A DNA stretch of 64,000 nt from Patescibacteria group bacterium (GTDB lineage Bacteria > Patescibacteriota > Microgenomatia > Levybacterales > UBA12049). Below, piece after piece: positions 28,318 through 37,454 of this stretch. The stretch's first letter is position 1. The number at the start of each line of letters is the position of its first letter. The stretch spans positions 23,141 through 87,140 of the forward strand of contig JBBTXS010000012.1 in NCBI GenBank assembly GCA_038062115.1, written 5' to 3'. The position numbers and the translations under genes were made by a program. Under the pieces are notes generated by a model that saw only the letters and a program-made list of their open reading frames with translations, was not told the origin of the DNA and made no database searches.

Positions 28318-29472
28318 ATGTTGTACTTGTATAATTCATTAATGCGGACAAAAGAAAAATTTATTCCGAATGACAACAAAAAAGTTAAAATGTATGTCTG
28401 TGGCATTACGCCTTACGATACAACTCATTTAGGCCATGCGTTTACTTATGTCTCTTTCGATGTGTTAGTAAGATATCTTCAATATAAAGGCTACGAAGTT
28501 ATTTATACCCAAAATGTTACCGACATAGACGATGATATTTTACTAAAAGCCAAACAAGAAGATAGAGATTGGAGGGAATTGGGAGATTTTTGGACAAAAA
28601 AATTTCTTGATGACATGAAATCTCTTAACGTTTTACCTCCCACTCATTTCGTAAAAGCAACTAACTCCATCGCTCTAATGATACGTATCATTAGAATGTT
28701 GATTGATAAAGGAATCGCTTACGAAAAAGATGGGAACGTATATTTTGAGACTAAGAAGTTTAAAAATTATGGAAATTTATCCAAGTTTAATGATAGACAA
28801 ATGAAGATTTTACTTAAGGAACGGGGTGGCAACCCTGACGATCCATTGAAAAAAGACCCATTAGATTTTCTACTTTGGCAAAAAACAAAGCCAGATGAGC
28901 CTTTTTGGGAAAGTCCATGGGAGAAAGGAAGACCGGGATGGCACATTGAATGTTCTTCGATGATAAAAAACTATCTTGGAGACCAAATAGATATTCATGG
29001 TGGAGGCAGAGATCTTATTTTCCCTCATCACGAAAGCGAAATCGCGCAGAGTGAAAGTTTCACAAATAAAAAACCATTTGCAAAATTTTGGGTTCATACG
29101 GCTATGGTTTTGTATCAAGGTGAAAAAATGGCAAAATCGCTTGGAAATTTAGTAATGGTTTCTAATCTATTAAAGTATAATAATGCTAACGAAATTAAAT
29201 GGCTCTTGCTTTCTCATCACTATAGAAAACCATGGGAGTTTGAAAAAGAAGAATTGGAGTTAATAAAGAAAAAACTTTTAATGATTAAAAAAGTCATAAA
29301 AACTAATAAAAATCAGAAAATAAATACTTTGTACGTCAGGAAATTTATAACGATTATGGATAATGACTTAAATACTCCACAAGCTCTAAATTTTATATTA
29401 GATATTGTAAAAAAACCAAACCTATCTCCTACCATTCTAAAATGTTTGTCGATATTAGGTATTGAACTCTAA
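28318..29472 (+). CDS. cysS: Cysteinyl-tRNA synthetase, compact form
   Basis: MYVCGITPYDTTHLGHA (HIGH region) and KMAKSLGN (KMSKS region). 28318 is chosen as the start (MLYLYNSLMRTKEKF) by analogy with the N-termini of other CysRS proteins. Confidence 0.85.
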   Translation: MLYLYNSLMRTKEKFIPNDNKKVKMYVCGITPYDTTHLGHAFTYVSFDVLVRYLQYKGYEVIYTQNVTDIDDDILLKAKQEDRDWRELGDFWTKKFLDDMKSLNVLPPTHFVKATNSIALMIRIIRMLIDKGIAYEKDGNVYFETKKFKNYGNLSKFNDRQMKILLKERGGNPDDPLKKDPLDFLLWQKTKPDEPFWESPWEKGRPGWHIECSSMIKNYLGDQIDIHGGGRDLIFPHHESEIAQSESFTNKKPFAKFWVHTAMVLYQGEKMAKSLGNLVMVSNLLKYNNANEIKWLLLSHHYRKPWEFEKEELELIKKKLLMIKKVIKTNKNQKINTLYVRKFITIMDNDLNTPQALNFILDIVKKPNLSPTILKCLSILGIEL

Positions 29473-29500
29473 GAGTCTGTTTGAAAAGTGTTACACAATC

Positions 29501-29595
29501 TGTCATTGCGATCAGTCAGGCTTAGCCTGACTGAGAAGCAATCTCTCATCAATGGGATTGCCACGTCGCTCGTTCCTCGCTCCTCGCAATGACAC
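29501..29595. repeat. Palindromic element, family A (tgtcattgcga...ctcgcaatgacac)
   Basis: Termini plus internal palindromes tcagtcaggcttagcctgactga and gcaatc...gattgc. Intergenic between cysS and the glycoside-hydrolase-like gene. Confidence 0.8.
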
Positions 29596-29625
29596 AACTG
29601 ATCTGAAGCAAAATGGTATACTGTA

Positions 29626-30792
29626 TTGATGAAATCAATTTTCAAAATATTAATTTTATTTCTTGTGTATTTATTTCTGTTTCAACTTGTACCTAGTGTA
29701 TATTCGGTAGATCCACTGTCTTTCCCAAATAACAAATTTGGCGTCCATATCCTATTTTCTTCAGAAATCGGTGACGCCGCCAAATTAGTAAACTCAAGTG
29801 GCGGCGATTGGGGATACGTTACTATTCCGATTCAAGCTGGAGATAAAAACCTTGTAAAATGGCAAAAATTTATGGATAAAGCCCGCGAATTGCATGTGAT
29901 TCCTATTATCCGCATTGCAACAGAGGGCGATTTTTTTAATAAAAAAGTTTGGAGAAAACCGATAGATGAAGACATTATAGATTTTGCCAATTTTCTTAAT
30001 TCTTTAGACTGGCCTACAAAAAACCGCTATGTTGTAATTTTAAATGAGGTCAATAGGTCGGATGAATGGGGGCAAGACCCAAATCCGAAAGCCTACGCTG
30101 AAATCTTGCAATATGCGCTAGCGGTTTTTAAGTCAAAACACAGCGATTTCTTTATAATTTCGGCAGGCTTGGACAATGCTGCGGCTAATATTTCAAAAGA
30201 ATCTATGGATGAGTACAAGTTTATGACGGAAATGAATAATGCAGTGCCTGGCATATTCAATCAAATTGACGGATTAGGAAGTCATTCTTACCCTAATCCA
30301 GCATTTCTACAGCCTCCATCGGTAGATACTCCCAAAAGTATTAGTAGCTTTAAATACGAAAAAGATTTAGCAGAGAAATTATCTAACAAAAGCCTGCCAG
30401 TCTTTATAACAGAAACTGGTTGGTCATTAGATATGGTAAATGAATCTAAAATGGCATCGTATTACGAAGAAGCATTTAAAACTGTTTGGAATGACGAAAA
30501 CATCGTGGCTGTAACACCCTTTTTGCTTAAGGCTGGAACAGGACCTTTTTCTCAATTTTCGTTAATAAATATCCATGGTGCCCCAACTTTAGGCTATAAG
30601 GCTTTAGAAAAAATTCAAAAAGTGAAAGGCAATCCTAAACTTCCTGATGATTATATAAAAATTGGCATAGATAACCCTCAAAGCAATTTGATTCCAAAAA
30701 AAGATTTTCTAGATGATCCAACAAGCAAAAAAGATAGTTTCATACAGCTTGATACTGTAAAAACCATCCTAAAATGGCTCATAAAATCTTAA
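29626..30792 (+). CDS. Secreted glycoside hydrolase, clan GH-A (GH5-like)
   Basis: Signal peptide, an acid/base NE motif (VVILNEVN), and a nucleophile TE motif (VFITETGWS). Confidence 0.55.
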   Translation: MMKSIFKILILFLVYLFLFQLVPSVYSVDPLSFPNNKFGVHILFSSEIGDAAKLVNSSGGDWGYVTIPIQAGDKNLVKWQKFMDKARELHVIPIIRIATEGDFFNKKVWRKPIDEDIIDFANFLNSLDWPTKNRYVVILNEVNRSDEWGQDPNPKAYAEILQYALAVFKSKHSDFFIISAGLDNAAANISKESMDEYKFMTEMNNAVPGIFNQIDGLGSHSYPNPAFLQPPSVDTPKSISSFKYEKDLAEKLSNKSLPVFITETGWSLDMVNESKMASYYEEAFKTVWNDENIVAVTPFLLKAGTGPFSQFSLINIHGAPTLGYKALEKIQKVKGNPKLPDDYIKIGIDNPQSNLIPKKDFLDDPTSKKDSFIQLDTVKTILKWLIKS

Positions 30793-30831
30793 AATATGAT
30801 ATAATACACGCAGTTTTTACTCCTCAAACTT

Positions 30832-31356
30832 ATGGATAGAGAAGATTATGCTTGGAACGATAAGCTCGAAAGTATTACTCATGGTAGCGTAAAGATCTAC
30901 GAGGCAATAAAGATTATAAAAATGTTTTTGGACGAAGATCCTTCTGCTGACTATAGTTTGGTTATTGGTACAGATTCTCATGAGAAAAATACCGCCAAAA
31001 ATAAAACTAAAGTTATTAGTCTTGTAACTGCTATTCTAGTACACAGACGTGGATTTGGGGGAAAATATTTTTGGAAAAGAAAAGAAGTTGAAAATATCCA
31101 TACACTTCGCGAAAAAATCTATGTTGAAACAATGAGTTCTATAAACTTTGCGTCTAAATTTGTGCCTTTACTTAAAAAAACTTTAAACGGAAGGACTCCT
31201 AAATACAACTTAGAGATTCATATTGATGTTGGCGAACACGGCGACACACGTGATATGATAAAAGAAGTGGTTGGAATGGTAACTGGAAATGGCTATGTTG
31301 CTAAAACAAAACCAGAGGCATACGGAGCAACGTATATTGCCGACAAGCACACGTAA
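30832..31356 (+). CDS. DUF458 / YkuK-like protein (predicted RNase H-like fold)
   Basis: 174 aa with LVIGTDSHEK, which resembles the DUF458 conserved core. The length matches YkuK-type proteins. Confidence 0.45.
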   Translation: MDREDYAWNDKLESITHGSVKIYEAIKIIKMFLDEDPSADYSLVIGTDSHEKNTAKNKTKVISLVTAILVHRRGFGGKYFWKRKEVENIHTLREKIYVETMSSINFASKFVPLLKKTLNGRTPKYNLEIHIDVGEHGDTRDMIKEVVGMVTGNGYVAKTKPEAYGATYIADKHT

Positions 31357-31365
31357 AAAACCAAG

Positions 31366-31797
31366 ATGCCAAAACTCAAAAGTCATGACCCTGAGCGAAG
31401 TCGAACGGGTCAAAAGTTAGAATGGCAGGAAGCAAAAGAGGTAAAAAAAAATATAGAAAATATTCTTAAGGTTTTAAATTTGCCTCACATCGATTCTTCT
31501 AGAATTTTTTGTTTTAGAACCAAAGGATCAAAATCAAGATCATATGCACGCATTTGGTCTATGCCAAAAATCTTTCAGACAGTTCTTAATGTAAAACCAG
31601 CTTATGTAATAGAAGTGATAGCCCGGCATTTTGATAGATTAGATACAGACGGAAAGAAAAAAGTATTAATTCACGAACTTTTGCATATTCCTAAAAATTT
31701 TTCTGGAGCGCTCTTACCTCACCGTAGTCGCAATCGGCATCTTGGAGCATTGGTGAATAGATTGTTTAAAGAATATAAGAAAATTTCTAATTCCTAA
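31366..31797 (+). CDS. Small HExxH zinc-metallopeptidase-like protein (DUF45/YgjP-, WLM- or SprT-like)
   Basis: VLIHELLHIPKNFSGALLPH contains HExxH plus a downstream His. It starts 10 bp after the DUF458 gene. Confidence 0.4.
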   Translation: MPKLKSHDPERSRTGQKLEWQEAKEVKKNIENILKVLNLPHIDSSRIFCFRTKGSKSRSYARIWSMPKIFQTVLNVKPAYVIEVIARHFDRLDTDGKKKVLIHELLHIPKNFSGALLPHRSRNRHLGALVNRLFKEYKKISNS

Positions 31798-31912
31798 TTA
31801 ACCTAATTTCTAAATAAATCCCAAAAACTAAGTTCCAATTGGGTTATTTAGACATTTAGGAATTGATTAGGTCAATTAGAAATTAGTAATTAGAAATTTA
31901 TATGATTACTAT
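31775..31912. repeat. First copy of a 138-bp perfect direct repeat (second copy at 32114..32251)
   Basis: Identical to 32114..32251. It spans the last 23 bp of the HExxH gene, the intergenic region, and ATGATTACTAT (the first 11 bp of the holA-like gene). Confidence 0.9.
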
Positions 31913-32115
31913 CCTGAGTTTCCCATTTTCGAGTAGCAAAATTAAAAAGCTTGATTTGACAATCTTTTTTTGAAAAAATTTAGTGCGAAACCGCACTACC
32001 GAAAGATTTCAAAGACAAAAGCTAATAGAAGAAATGCTATGGTTTCTAGCAGACTTTCGAGCCTAGAAATGGTTTTTTGCTAAAATTAAACCGCACTAAT
32101 TGGGAAACTCAGGAT
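31911..32115. mobile_element. 205-bp MITE-like non-autonomous element with 15-bp perfect terminal inverted repeats
   Basis: Terminal repeats atcctgagtttccca / tgggaaactcaggat, internal hairpin tagtgcg-aaa-ccgcacta, and no ORF. Confidence 0.7.
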
Positions 32116-32251
32116 AAGAAAATTTCTAATTCCTAATTAACCTAATTTCTAAATAAATCCCAAAAACTAAGTTCCAATTGGGTTATTTAGACATTTAGGA
32201 ATTGATTAGGTCAATTAGAAATTAGTAATTAGAAATTTATATGATTACTAT
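32114..32251. repeat. Second copy of the 138-bp direct repeat; contains the functional start of the holA-like gene
   Basis: Identical to 31775..31912. Confidence 0.9.
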
Positions 32252-32936
32252 TATTCATGGAGAAGACATTGTAAATTCAAGAAAATTTTTTATTGACGAG
32301 CGGAAAAGATCATCGTATCCAATAACGTTTTTGAGCGATAATCTTAATCTAACAGATCTTACTCAAACACTTGAGGGCGGCAGTTTGTTTGACATTAAAG
32401 ATAAAGAAATATTTATCGAAGATTTTTTTTCAAAAAAACGAAGTCAAGAATTTGATAGCATTATTTCTTATTTGCAAAAACATGGTAAAAATGTAAATAT
32501 AAAAATTTGGGAATCAAGAGAGGTGTCTAAAAAACAATTAAATAATCTTAAAAATACTACAATCAAGCTGTTTAGTCTCCCTAAACCCCTTTTTTTATTT
32601 TTGAATAAACTCGCGCCTCATAACAGTAAAAGACTGATCTATCTCTTCCATAAAACACTAGAAAGCATAGAGGCTGAATTAGTATTTTATATGATGATTC
32701 GCCAATTTAGATTATTATTGGCTATTTTTGGGGAATCCCAGAATAATCAAATAGACGAAATAAAAAATATACAGCCATGGCAAAAAGCAAGGCTTAAGAA
32801 ACAAGTAAGTTTTTTTTCGGAAACTCATCTTAAAAATATATACAATAAAATTTGTACTATAGAAATTTCGCAAAAGACTGGTAGTAGTATTTTGTCTCTC
32901 CCTCAAGCCATTGACTTTTTATTGCTCTCTATCTAA
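32241..32936 (+). CDS. holA: DNA polymerase III delta subunit-like protein (HolA-like, short)
   Basis: An N-terminus IIHGEDIVNSRKF and a C-terminal helical region (ELVFYMMIRQFRLLL) resemble delta-subunit features. Confidence 0.45.
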   Translation: MITIIHGEDIVNSRKFFIDERKRSSYPITFLSDNLNLTDLTQTLEGGSLFDIKDKEIFIEDFFSKKRSQEFDSIISYLQKHGKNVNIKIWESREVSKKQLNNLKNTTIKLFSLPKPLFLFLNKLAPHNSKRLIYLFHKTLESIEAELVFYMMIRQFRLLLAIFGESQNNQIDEIKNIQPWQKARLKKQVSFFSETHLKNIYNKICTIEISQKTGSSILSLPQAIDFLLLSI

Positions 32937-32979
32937 GATAATATAAATCCAGCATCTTAGAAAAGGTGCTGGATAAAAT

Positions 32980-34374
32980 ATGCCACTTTTAAAAAAGACC
33001 ATGTTTCGCGAGTACGACATTCGAGGCATAGAAACTCGCGATGAGCTTAACGACTCAAGCATGTATTTTATTGGACGCGGTTTTGGCACATATCTGAGAC
33101 ATCTTAATATTACAAAGGCTGTTGTTGGTTGCGACGCAAGGGCTACGTCTGAAAGCTTTAAAAACAGTGCGATTAAAGGCATAAGAGAATCTGGGATAAA
33201 TGTTATAGACATTGGAACTGTTACAACCCCAATGAGTTATTGGGCTCAGTACTTTCTTAAAGTTAAAGGGCTTGTTTGTGTTACTGCTAGTCACAATCCA
33301 TCTGGATGGAATGGAGTAAAACTTGGTACAAATTTTTCATCAACCCTTCTTACACAAGAATTGCAAGATCTATATAGTATAATAGCAAAAGAAGAATTTT
33401 TAAGTGGTCAAGGTAACATACAAAAAAAAGATATTGCGGATGTATACATAAAAGACTTAATTTCAAAAGCAACAATTACTAAAAAATTTAAGATTTTAGT
33501 TAATACTGGCAATGGGACAGCGGGTTTGTATATTCCCAAACTATTAAAGTTGGCAGGTTGCGAAGTAGTAGAACATTTTACAAATATAGACCCAACTTAC
33601 CCTAACTATACTCCAAACCCCGATGGTATAGCTATGATGGAAGATACAGGATTGCAAACTGTTAAAAACAATTGCGATTTGGGTTTTGCATATGATGGAG
33701 ATGGAGACAGGCTTGGTTTGGTAGATGAAAATGGAAATATTATTTGGCCAGATCGGTACATTATTTTACTTTCAAGACTTGTGCTTTCAAAACATAAGGG
33801 TGCTAAAATTGTTTTTGATGTAAAAGTGTCCGAAGCAGTTCCCGAAGACATAAAAGCTCATGGAGGAATCCCAATCATGTGGAAAACAGGCCATTCATAC
33901 ATTAAATCAAAATTAGCCAAAGAAAAGGCTGCCATGGCAGGAGAGATGAGCGGACATATTTTTTTTGTGGATGATTTTTATGGTTTTGACGATGCTTTTT
34001 TTGCTGGCCTAAAGCTTTTGGAATATCTTTCTACCCAAAATAAACCATTGTCCCAAATAATAGCAACAACTCCTTACTATGTTTCAACACCAACCATTCA
34101 GGTTAAAACAACTGATGAGGAAAAATATAAAGTCGTTGAGTCTTTAACAGACGAATTCAAAAAAGAAGGTTATAAAATTATCGATATTAATGGAGCAAGG
34201 GTTTATATGGAGGGTGGATGGGGTTTGGTTAGAGCATCCTCTAATACCCCAACGCTTGTTCTACGGTTTGAAGCAAAAACTCAAAATGATTTAGATAAAA
34301 TTAAATCTGTCTTTAGGGAAAAATTAGAAAAATTTGACGTTGTTAATAAAGATTGGGATATGAGCGGTAGATAA
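32980..34374 (+). CDS. Phosphoglucomutase/phosphomannomutase (alpha-D-phosphohexomutase)
   Basis: Active-site TASHNPSGWNGVK, metal-binding DGDGDR, and the sugar-binding loop GEMSGHIFF. Confidence 0.85.
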   Translation: MPLLKKTMFREYDIRGIETRDELNDSSMYFIGRGFGTYLRHLNITKAVVGCDARATSESFKNSAIKGIRESGINVIDIGTVTTPMSYWAQYFLKVKGLVCVTASHNPSGWNGVKLGTNFSSTLLTQELQDLYSIIAKEEFLSGQGNIQKKDIADVYIKDLISKATITKKFKILVNTGNGTAGLYIPKLLKLAGCEVVEHFTNIDPTYPNYTPNPDGIAMMEDTGLQTVKNNCDLGFAYDGDGDRLGLVDENGNIIWPDRYIILLSRLVLSKHKGAKIVFDVKVSEAVPEDIKAHGGIPIMWKTGHSYIKSKLAKEKAAMAGEMSGHIFFVDDFYGFDDAFFAGLKLLEYLSTQNKPLSQIIATTPYYVSTPTIQVKTTDEEKYKVVESLTDEFKKEGYKIIDINGARVYMEGGWGLVRASSNTPTLVLRFEAKTQNDLDKIKSVFREKLEKFDVVNKDWDMSGR

Positions 34375-34378
34375 AAAT

Positions 34379-34816
34379 ATGTTTGACTTAAATCGATTCG
34401 ATAAATCTAAATTCACCAATAAGCCACACGAGAAAAAAATTGAAAAGCCTTGGGGATACGAAATTCTTCTTACTCCTCCAAATTTACCATACACTGCTAA
34501 GATAGTACATGTAAATTTAGGTCATAGACTTAGTCTTCAGGTGCATGACGCAAAACAAGAAACTATGACTTTGGTCTCTGGAGGGGCAAACCTTCTTATT
34601 GATGGCAAGGATGGAGAAATTAAAAAAATCCAAATGCAGCTTCGTAAAGGCTATACAGTTCGAGTTGGACAAAGACATAGGGTTCAAGCAGTAACCGATT
34701 GTGAAATCCTCGAGGCATCAACGCCAGAAATTGGTACAACTTATCGGTTAGAAGATGATTATTCTAGGGGAGATGAAACAGAAGAGATAAGAAAAGAAGA
34801 AAGAAGCAAAATGTAA
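34379..34816 (+). CDS. Cupin-domain protein, mannose-6-phosphate isomerase type II C-terminal-like
   Basis: KPWGYEILL...LSLQVHDAKQETMTLVSGGANLLIDG...GQRHRVQAV matches the PMI type II cupin pattern. Confidence 0.55.
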   Translation: MFDLNRFDKSKFTNKPHEKKIEKPWGYEILLTPPNLPYTAKIVHVNLGHRLSLQVHDAKQETMTLVSGGANLLIDGKDGEIKKIQMQLRKGYTVRVGQRHRVQAVTDCEILEASTPEIGTTYRLEDDYSRGDETEEIRKEERSKM

Positions 34817-34817
34817 A

Positions 34818-36185
34818 ATGAGAATCGCAAGTTATATTACTTGGTTTTCCGAAGTAGACAAAGAAGATGTTGCTCTTGTTGGAGGCAAAGGAGCAGCTCT
34901 TGGCGAGGCAACAAGAGCGGGTTTTTCTGTTCCTAACGGCTTTATTGTTACGTCATATGCATATTATGATTTTATTTTAGAAAATAACCTTGCTGCCAAA
35001 ATTAAGCATTTGTTAAAGACTGTTGACTTTTTTAATCCAGACTCTTTAGAACACGTATCTTTGGATATTAGAAAAGAGATAATTAAATCAAAAATATCGC
35101 AAGAACTTGCTTACCAAGTGAATAGGGCGTATAGAAGATTAAGCGGTACATTGTCTGATGCTCTTGTTGCAGTAAGGTCATCCTCAACTATCAAAGATCA
35201 GGCTTATGCTCCATTTGCTGGACAACTTGGTACTTTTCTAAATGTCAAAGGAGATGCAAGCGTTATTTTAAAAATAAAAGAAGTCTGGGCTTCTCTTTTT
35301 AGTGGTCGTGCAATTTTTTATAGACACGAAAACAAATTAGATCACTTAAGAATAGGTGTTGCTGTACCAGTTCAAAAAATGATTGAGTCGGAAAAATCTG
35401 GAGTTATGTTTACAATAGATCCTGTTACAGGAGATAAAACAACAATTGTTATTGAAGCTATATATGGGTTAGGTGAGTTAATCGCACAAGGAGAGGTTAC
35501 GCGAGACCATTACAAAGTTAACAAAATTAAAGATTTAATAATAGAGAAAAATATAGTAAGCCAAAAATTTTATCTAAAAAAAGTAGGGATCAAGAATAAA
35601 ATAATTAAGGTAGCAAGTGTAAAGGCAGAAAAACAAAAAATTTCAAACGATAAGATTTTGGAACTTGCAAGAATTGGTAAAAAGTTAGAAAAACACTACT
35701 ATTTTCCACAAGATGTAGAATGGGCAATAGAAAAAGGAAAGATCTATATTATTAAGATACGGCCGGTGACAACAGTTAAAAGTGCAAGGTTCAACCCAAC
35801 GACAAAGCTTGGGGCAAGAGTTCAGGGTGTCAGTAAGCACGAAGTATTGGTCGGTGGATACGCGGCATCTCCCGGAATTGCCTCGGGTTATACAAAAGTT
35901 ATTAAAAATCTGAAAGAAATAAATAGAGTAAGTATTGGCGATGTACTAGTTGTAGATCAAACAAACACAGATTATGTTGCTGCAATGAAGAAAGCGATTG
36001 CTATTGTTACAGAAAGAGGAGGAAGAGTCTCGCATGCCGCAATAGCTGCTCGCGAACTTGGAATCCCAGCAATAGTTGGGGCAGAATTTGCAACAAAAAT
36101 ACTAAAAACTGGAATTGTAATAACAGTAAATGGAACAAAAGGGCAAGTTTATAAAGGCGGTTACTTACAAAATATCACAGTTTAA
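34818..36185 (+). CDS. PEP-utilising enzyme with a PpsA/PPDK-like N-terminal nucleotide-binding domain and a phosphohistidine swivelling domain, but no C-terminal PEP/pyruvate TIM-barrel domain
   Basis: GGKGAALGE (PPDK_N ATP-grasp) and GGRVSHAAIAARELGIPAIVG (mobile-domain His). The protein ends after the mobile domain. Confidence 0.65.
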   Translation: MRIASYITWFSEVDKEDVALVGGKGAALGEATRAGFSVPNGFIVTSYAYYDFILENNLAAKIKHLLKTVDFFNPDSLEHVSLDIRKEIIKSKISQELAYQVNRAYRRLSGTLSDALVAVRSSSTIKDQAYAPFAGQLGTFLNVKGDASVILKIKEVWASLFSGRAIFYRHENKLDHLRIGVAVPVQKMIESEKSGVMFTIDPVTGDKTTIVIEAIYGLGELIAQGEVTRDHYKVNKIKDLIIEKNIVSQKFYLKKVGIKNKIIKVASVKAEKQKISNDKILELARIGKKLEKHYYFPQDVEWAIEKGKIYIIKIRPVTTVKSARFNPTTKLGARVQGVSKHEVLVGGYAASPGIASGYTKVIKNLKEINRVSIGDVLVVDQTNTDYVAAMKKAIAIVTERGGRVSHAAIAARELGIPAIVGAEFATKILKTGIVITVNGTKGQVYKGGYLQNITV

Positions 36186-36189
36186 TTTT

Positions 36190-37449
36190 ATGGCAAAAAT
36201 AAAACAAGTAAAAGCTCGCGAAATATTAAACTCAAAGGGAGTCCCAACTGTTGAAACAAGTGTAATTTTAAGCGATGGGAGCGTTGGAACGTCTTCTTAT
36301 CCAATAGGAACATCCGTTGGCTCCTATGAGGCTTGGCAACTTAAAGACAGCGAGCAGAAACGTTATCAAGGCCAAGGAGTACAAAAGGCTATTCAAAACA
36401 TAGAATCTCAAATCGCACCAAACATTGTCGGACTAGAGGCCGATAGACAACAAGAGATCGACAAAATAATGATCGACCTTGACGGTACCCAAAATAAAGG
36501 TCGTTTTGGAGTAAATGCGATTTTGTCTGTTTCTATGAGTGTAGCGAAAGCCGCATCCACAAGTTCTGTTTTGCCTCTTTTTCTTTATCTTAGAGAATTT
36601 ATAAAAAAAGAAAATTTGTTACTCAAAATCCCAACTCCAGCTTTTAATCTACTAAATGGGGGTAAACACGCTAGGGGAACTTTGAATTTTCAGGAATTTC
36701 TTGTAATTCCAGCTTCTTCAAAGACGTACAGCGAATCTTTAGAGATTGGCGTGTCTATTTATAGAGCCTTAGGAAAAACATTAGAGTTTAAAAGTCTCTC
36801 TACTCTTACTGGAGATGAAGGAGGGTATTCTCCCAGTGTTGCTAACAATATAGATGCTTTTTCTCTTTTAAGAGAAAGTATAGAAAGAACTTCAATTCAA
36901 CTAGAATTTGATGTTTTTTTTGGACTAGATAGCTCCGCTTCAAATTTTTTTAGCGATAAAAAATATTATATTAAAGATAAACCAGCAGGTCTATCGTCAA
37001 ATGAGCTTATGTCTTACTACGAAGAGTTAAACAGAAACCATCACCTTTTATATATAGAAGATCCTCTAGCAGAAGATGATTGGGGTGCATGGTCAGATCT
37101 TTGTTCTCGGATGTCGCAAACAACAATCATTGCCGGGGGTGATTTGGTTGCAACAAATCCTTATAGACTTCAAATTGCTCTAAACAAAAAAGCAATAACT
37201 GCAATTGTTATTAAGCCTAGCCAAATAGGCACTGTTATAGAGGCTTTGGCTGTTGTTGAAATAGCAAGGCAATCAGGCCTTAAGATAATTGTTTCCAATA
37301 GAGGGGGTGAAACAAACGACAATTTTATCGCAGACTTTGCAGTTGCTGTGTCGGCTGATTATGTTAAGTTTGGAGCACCAGCCCGTGGAGAAAGAGTCGA
37401 AAAATACAATAGGCTTTTACAAATAGAAGATGAGATAAATGCTTTATAA
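36190..37449 (+). CDS. eno: Enolase
   Basis: MAKIKQVKAREILNSKGVPTVE at the N-terminus, the enolase signature region, and SNRGGETND near the C-terminus. Confidence 0.9.
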   Translation: MAKIKQVKAREILNSKGVPTVETSVILSDGSVGTSSYPIGTSVGSYEAWQLKDSEQKRYQGQGVQKAIQNIESQIAPNIVGLEADRQQEIDKIMIDLDGTQNKGRFGVNAILSVSMSVAKAASTSSVLPLFLYLREFIKKENLLLKIPTPAFNLLNGGKHARGTLNFQEFLVIPASSKTYSESLEIGVSIYRALGKTLEFKSLSTLTGDEGGYSPSVANNIDAFSLLRESIERTSIQLEFDVFFGLDSSASNFFSDKKYYIKDKPAGLSSNELMSYYEELNRNHHLLYIEDPLAEDDWGAWSDLCSRMSQTTIIAGGDLVATNPYRLQIALNKKAITAIVIKPSQIGTVIEALAVVEIARQSGLKIIVSNRGGETNDNFIADFAVAVSADYVKFGAPARGERVEKYNRLLQIEDEINAL

Positions 37450-37454
37450 AAATA

